Shown here piece after piece: positions 62,131 to 64,000 of a stretch of 64,000 nt of DNA. The stretch comes from Aplysia californica (Eukaryota): NCBI RefSeq assembly GCF_000002075.1, contig NW_004797511.1, positions 881,549 through 945,548 on the forward strand, in the 5' to 3' direction. The translations under genes were made by a program, and so were the position numbers. Positions within the stretch are counted from its first letter, which is position 1. Each line of letters opens with the position of its first letter. The notes under the pieces were generated by a model that worked only from the letters and a program-made list of their open reading frames with translations, ran no database searches and was not told where the DNA came from.

Positions 62131-63650
62131 TGTCGTTATTCTCACCCGGAGTGAAAATAAAAATATAATTTTATTCTCACCCGGGGTGAGAATAATATCC
62201 ATTTTATTCTCATGAATATTATTCTCACCCGGTCTGAGAATGCAATGAATTTTTAGGTCTACCTGGGTGTTGAGAACGGATGATAGAAAATAATTTGTGA
62301 ATTGTAAGAGAGTGACCGTTCGTGACCTGCCCTGCCCCAGAGCGCTGGCAGATTTTTCTAGGCTCCCGCGGGGATTGTTATGGTTTCATTTTTAAAAATC
62401 TTGAGTTAAGAGTATGCACGCATGCATATCTTCACCAAAACCCTAGACAAGTGTAAATATATTCTAAATTCAGAAAGGAATTCACTTGCCAGAGTATGTT
62501 TTTAAAAATAATTTAGCCTTAACTGAAAGCTGTTTAATGAAATAATGTTAGTAATAGTTTGCCTTTGCAATGCTGCGCTGGCATGCCCATTGGGGATTTT
62601 AGTCACCTCGCACGCTTAGCGGAGTGAGAGAGGGGGGCGAGTTTTGTCGCCTGGAGGGCTCAGTGACAGGGGCCCCGGGTGAGAATAATCACTGTGAAAG
62701 TGTGTATTCGCACAGGGTGTGTGAATACTATGGAATTGTGTGCGAACACTATGAAATTTTATTCGCATAGGGCGTGTGAATACTGTGTGAATACAATGAA
62801 ATTTTATTCGCTCAGGGTGTGTGAATACTGTGTGAATACTATGAAATTTTATTCGCACAGGGTGTGTGAATACTACAAAATATTATTGGCACAGGACGTT
62901 TCAAAAGTAGGATGGAGATTAATTGGGCCTAGCATTTCCTCATTTTTTCTCCTCATCGTGTAGGGACAAAGATCAAGAGTAACAAGGTACATGTTGTTCA
63001 CTCCTCTCTTTGAGCCAATTAAAAAAGTGTCCTCAAAATTTGGTGGCGCCCTCTTGGAAAATGTGCGTACTTTGCGAACAGTTACCCTACTTGTGTGAAA
63101 AACAATGAAAGTGAAATTAACAGACTGTGATTATCCTATTATTTTTCTGGAGAAACGAAAGAGAGCTTCAAAATAAAGACTCCAGCGATTAATCATGTGG
63201 GTATGTGCTATCTTTGGTAGGGATAGATCTAGATCTAATTCTAATTTTGCAATGCGGTACGAAAACCCCCCACTCAAATTGGAATTCAGGTTGTGTATTG
63301 TGTCAGTGTCAATGATAATGACTCAAATCTCTCTTTTTTCCTTTTTTTGTTTTCCTTGCGTCTAGAGAGAGAGAGAGAGAGATCTAGAGGGAGAGAGAGA
63401 GAGAGACAAGAGATGAGTGCATGCTTTAACCGTAAAACTAAAACAAGTATTTATACTATCTAGTTAGTGTACAGTTGTTTTAACATTAAAAGCCTTTGCC
63501 AAAAGGTGGGATACCCGGGTGTGACAAACGAGGTCCCAAATCAACGTAGGCTCGACCCTGTGCGAATAGAATTATTTCTTATTCGCACACCCAGTGTGAA
63601 TGATATTAATTCTTATGCGCTCACCTGGTGTGAATAATCACTTCCATTAT
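62131..63650. repeat. Palindromic/tandem repeat array, probably the ends of a foldback DNA transposon
   Basis: TTATTCTCACCC-G-GGGTGAGAATAA palindrome at 62171-62195; 45-bp tandem at 62700-62875; inverted unit near 63556. Confidence 0.6.
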
Positions 63651-64000
63651 AGAATCTATATTCATATCTGAGATCTAATGTATTGAACAAAAACTTGAGT
63701 GGGCGCAGCAGATCAAACCAAGAGTGAAATTTGCGATAATTGAACTGCTCGTTGCGTCAAAGATCAGCCACTCTCATAAATGCGATCACATGTCAGTCTT
63801 AAATCTCTATGAAATGTTCAATATTTGCCCCCAACGGGATCACACTGAGGCGTCAACTCGCCACAACGCATTCGTTTTCTGCAAACATCGCACTGGCTTC
63901 TGAGCTCTCCACCTAAACTTACATCACATGCTGGTTGGGTTGGGCTTACAAGTTTGCACTAGTCGGGATCGCATGGTTTTATATATGTGAAGTCTTAACC

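Overview
Eukaryotic (animal) genomic DNA from a gapped assembly. It is AT-rich and repeat-dense; the SINE and LINE types suggest a mollusc, probably a gastropod (inference). It contains two complete, convergent, intron-rich genes that I assembled by hand from GT-AG sites with matching phases. AASS (bifunctional lysine-ketoglutarate reductase/saccharopine dehydrogenase) is on + with 22 coding exons at 15971-38030 (2859 nt, 952 aa). HEMK1 (PrmC-type release-factor glutamine methyltransferase) is on - with 9 clear exons at 49016-57999, plus a probable micro first coding exon at 60958-60978 (about 324 aa). The remainder is decayed mobile DNA: Tx1/L1, L2-like, RTE and RNase-H-bearing LINE fragments; mariner, Tc1 and pogo relics; TTAA (piggyBac-type) elements; a Ginger2-type element whose transposase relic is absent from the ORF track; and tRNA-headed SINEs. 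The most unusual signal is an abundant ~175-bp retroposon. It has a fixed 5' end, target-site duplications and no clear tRNA head, it shares a covarying 3' stem-loop with other elements, and every intronic copy I found lies sense to the host gene. I see no evidence for a novel protein-coding system, CRISPR array or true RNA gene.
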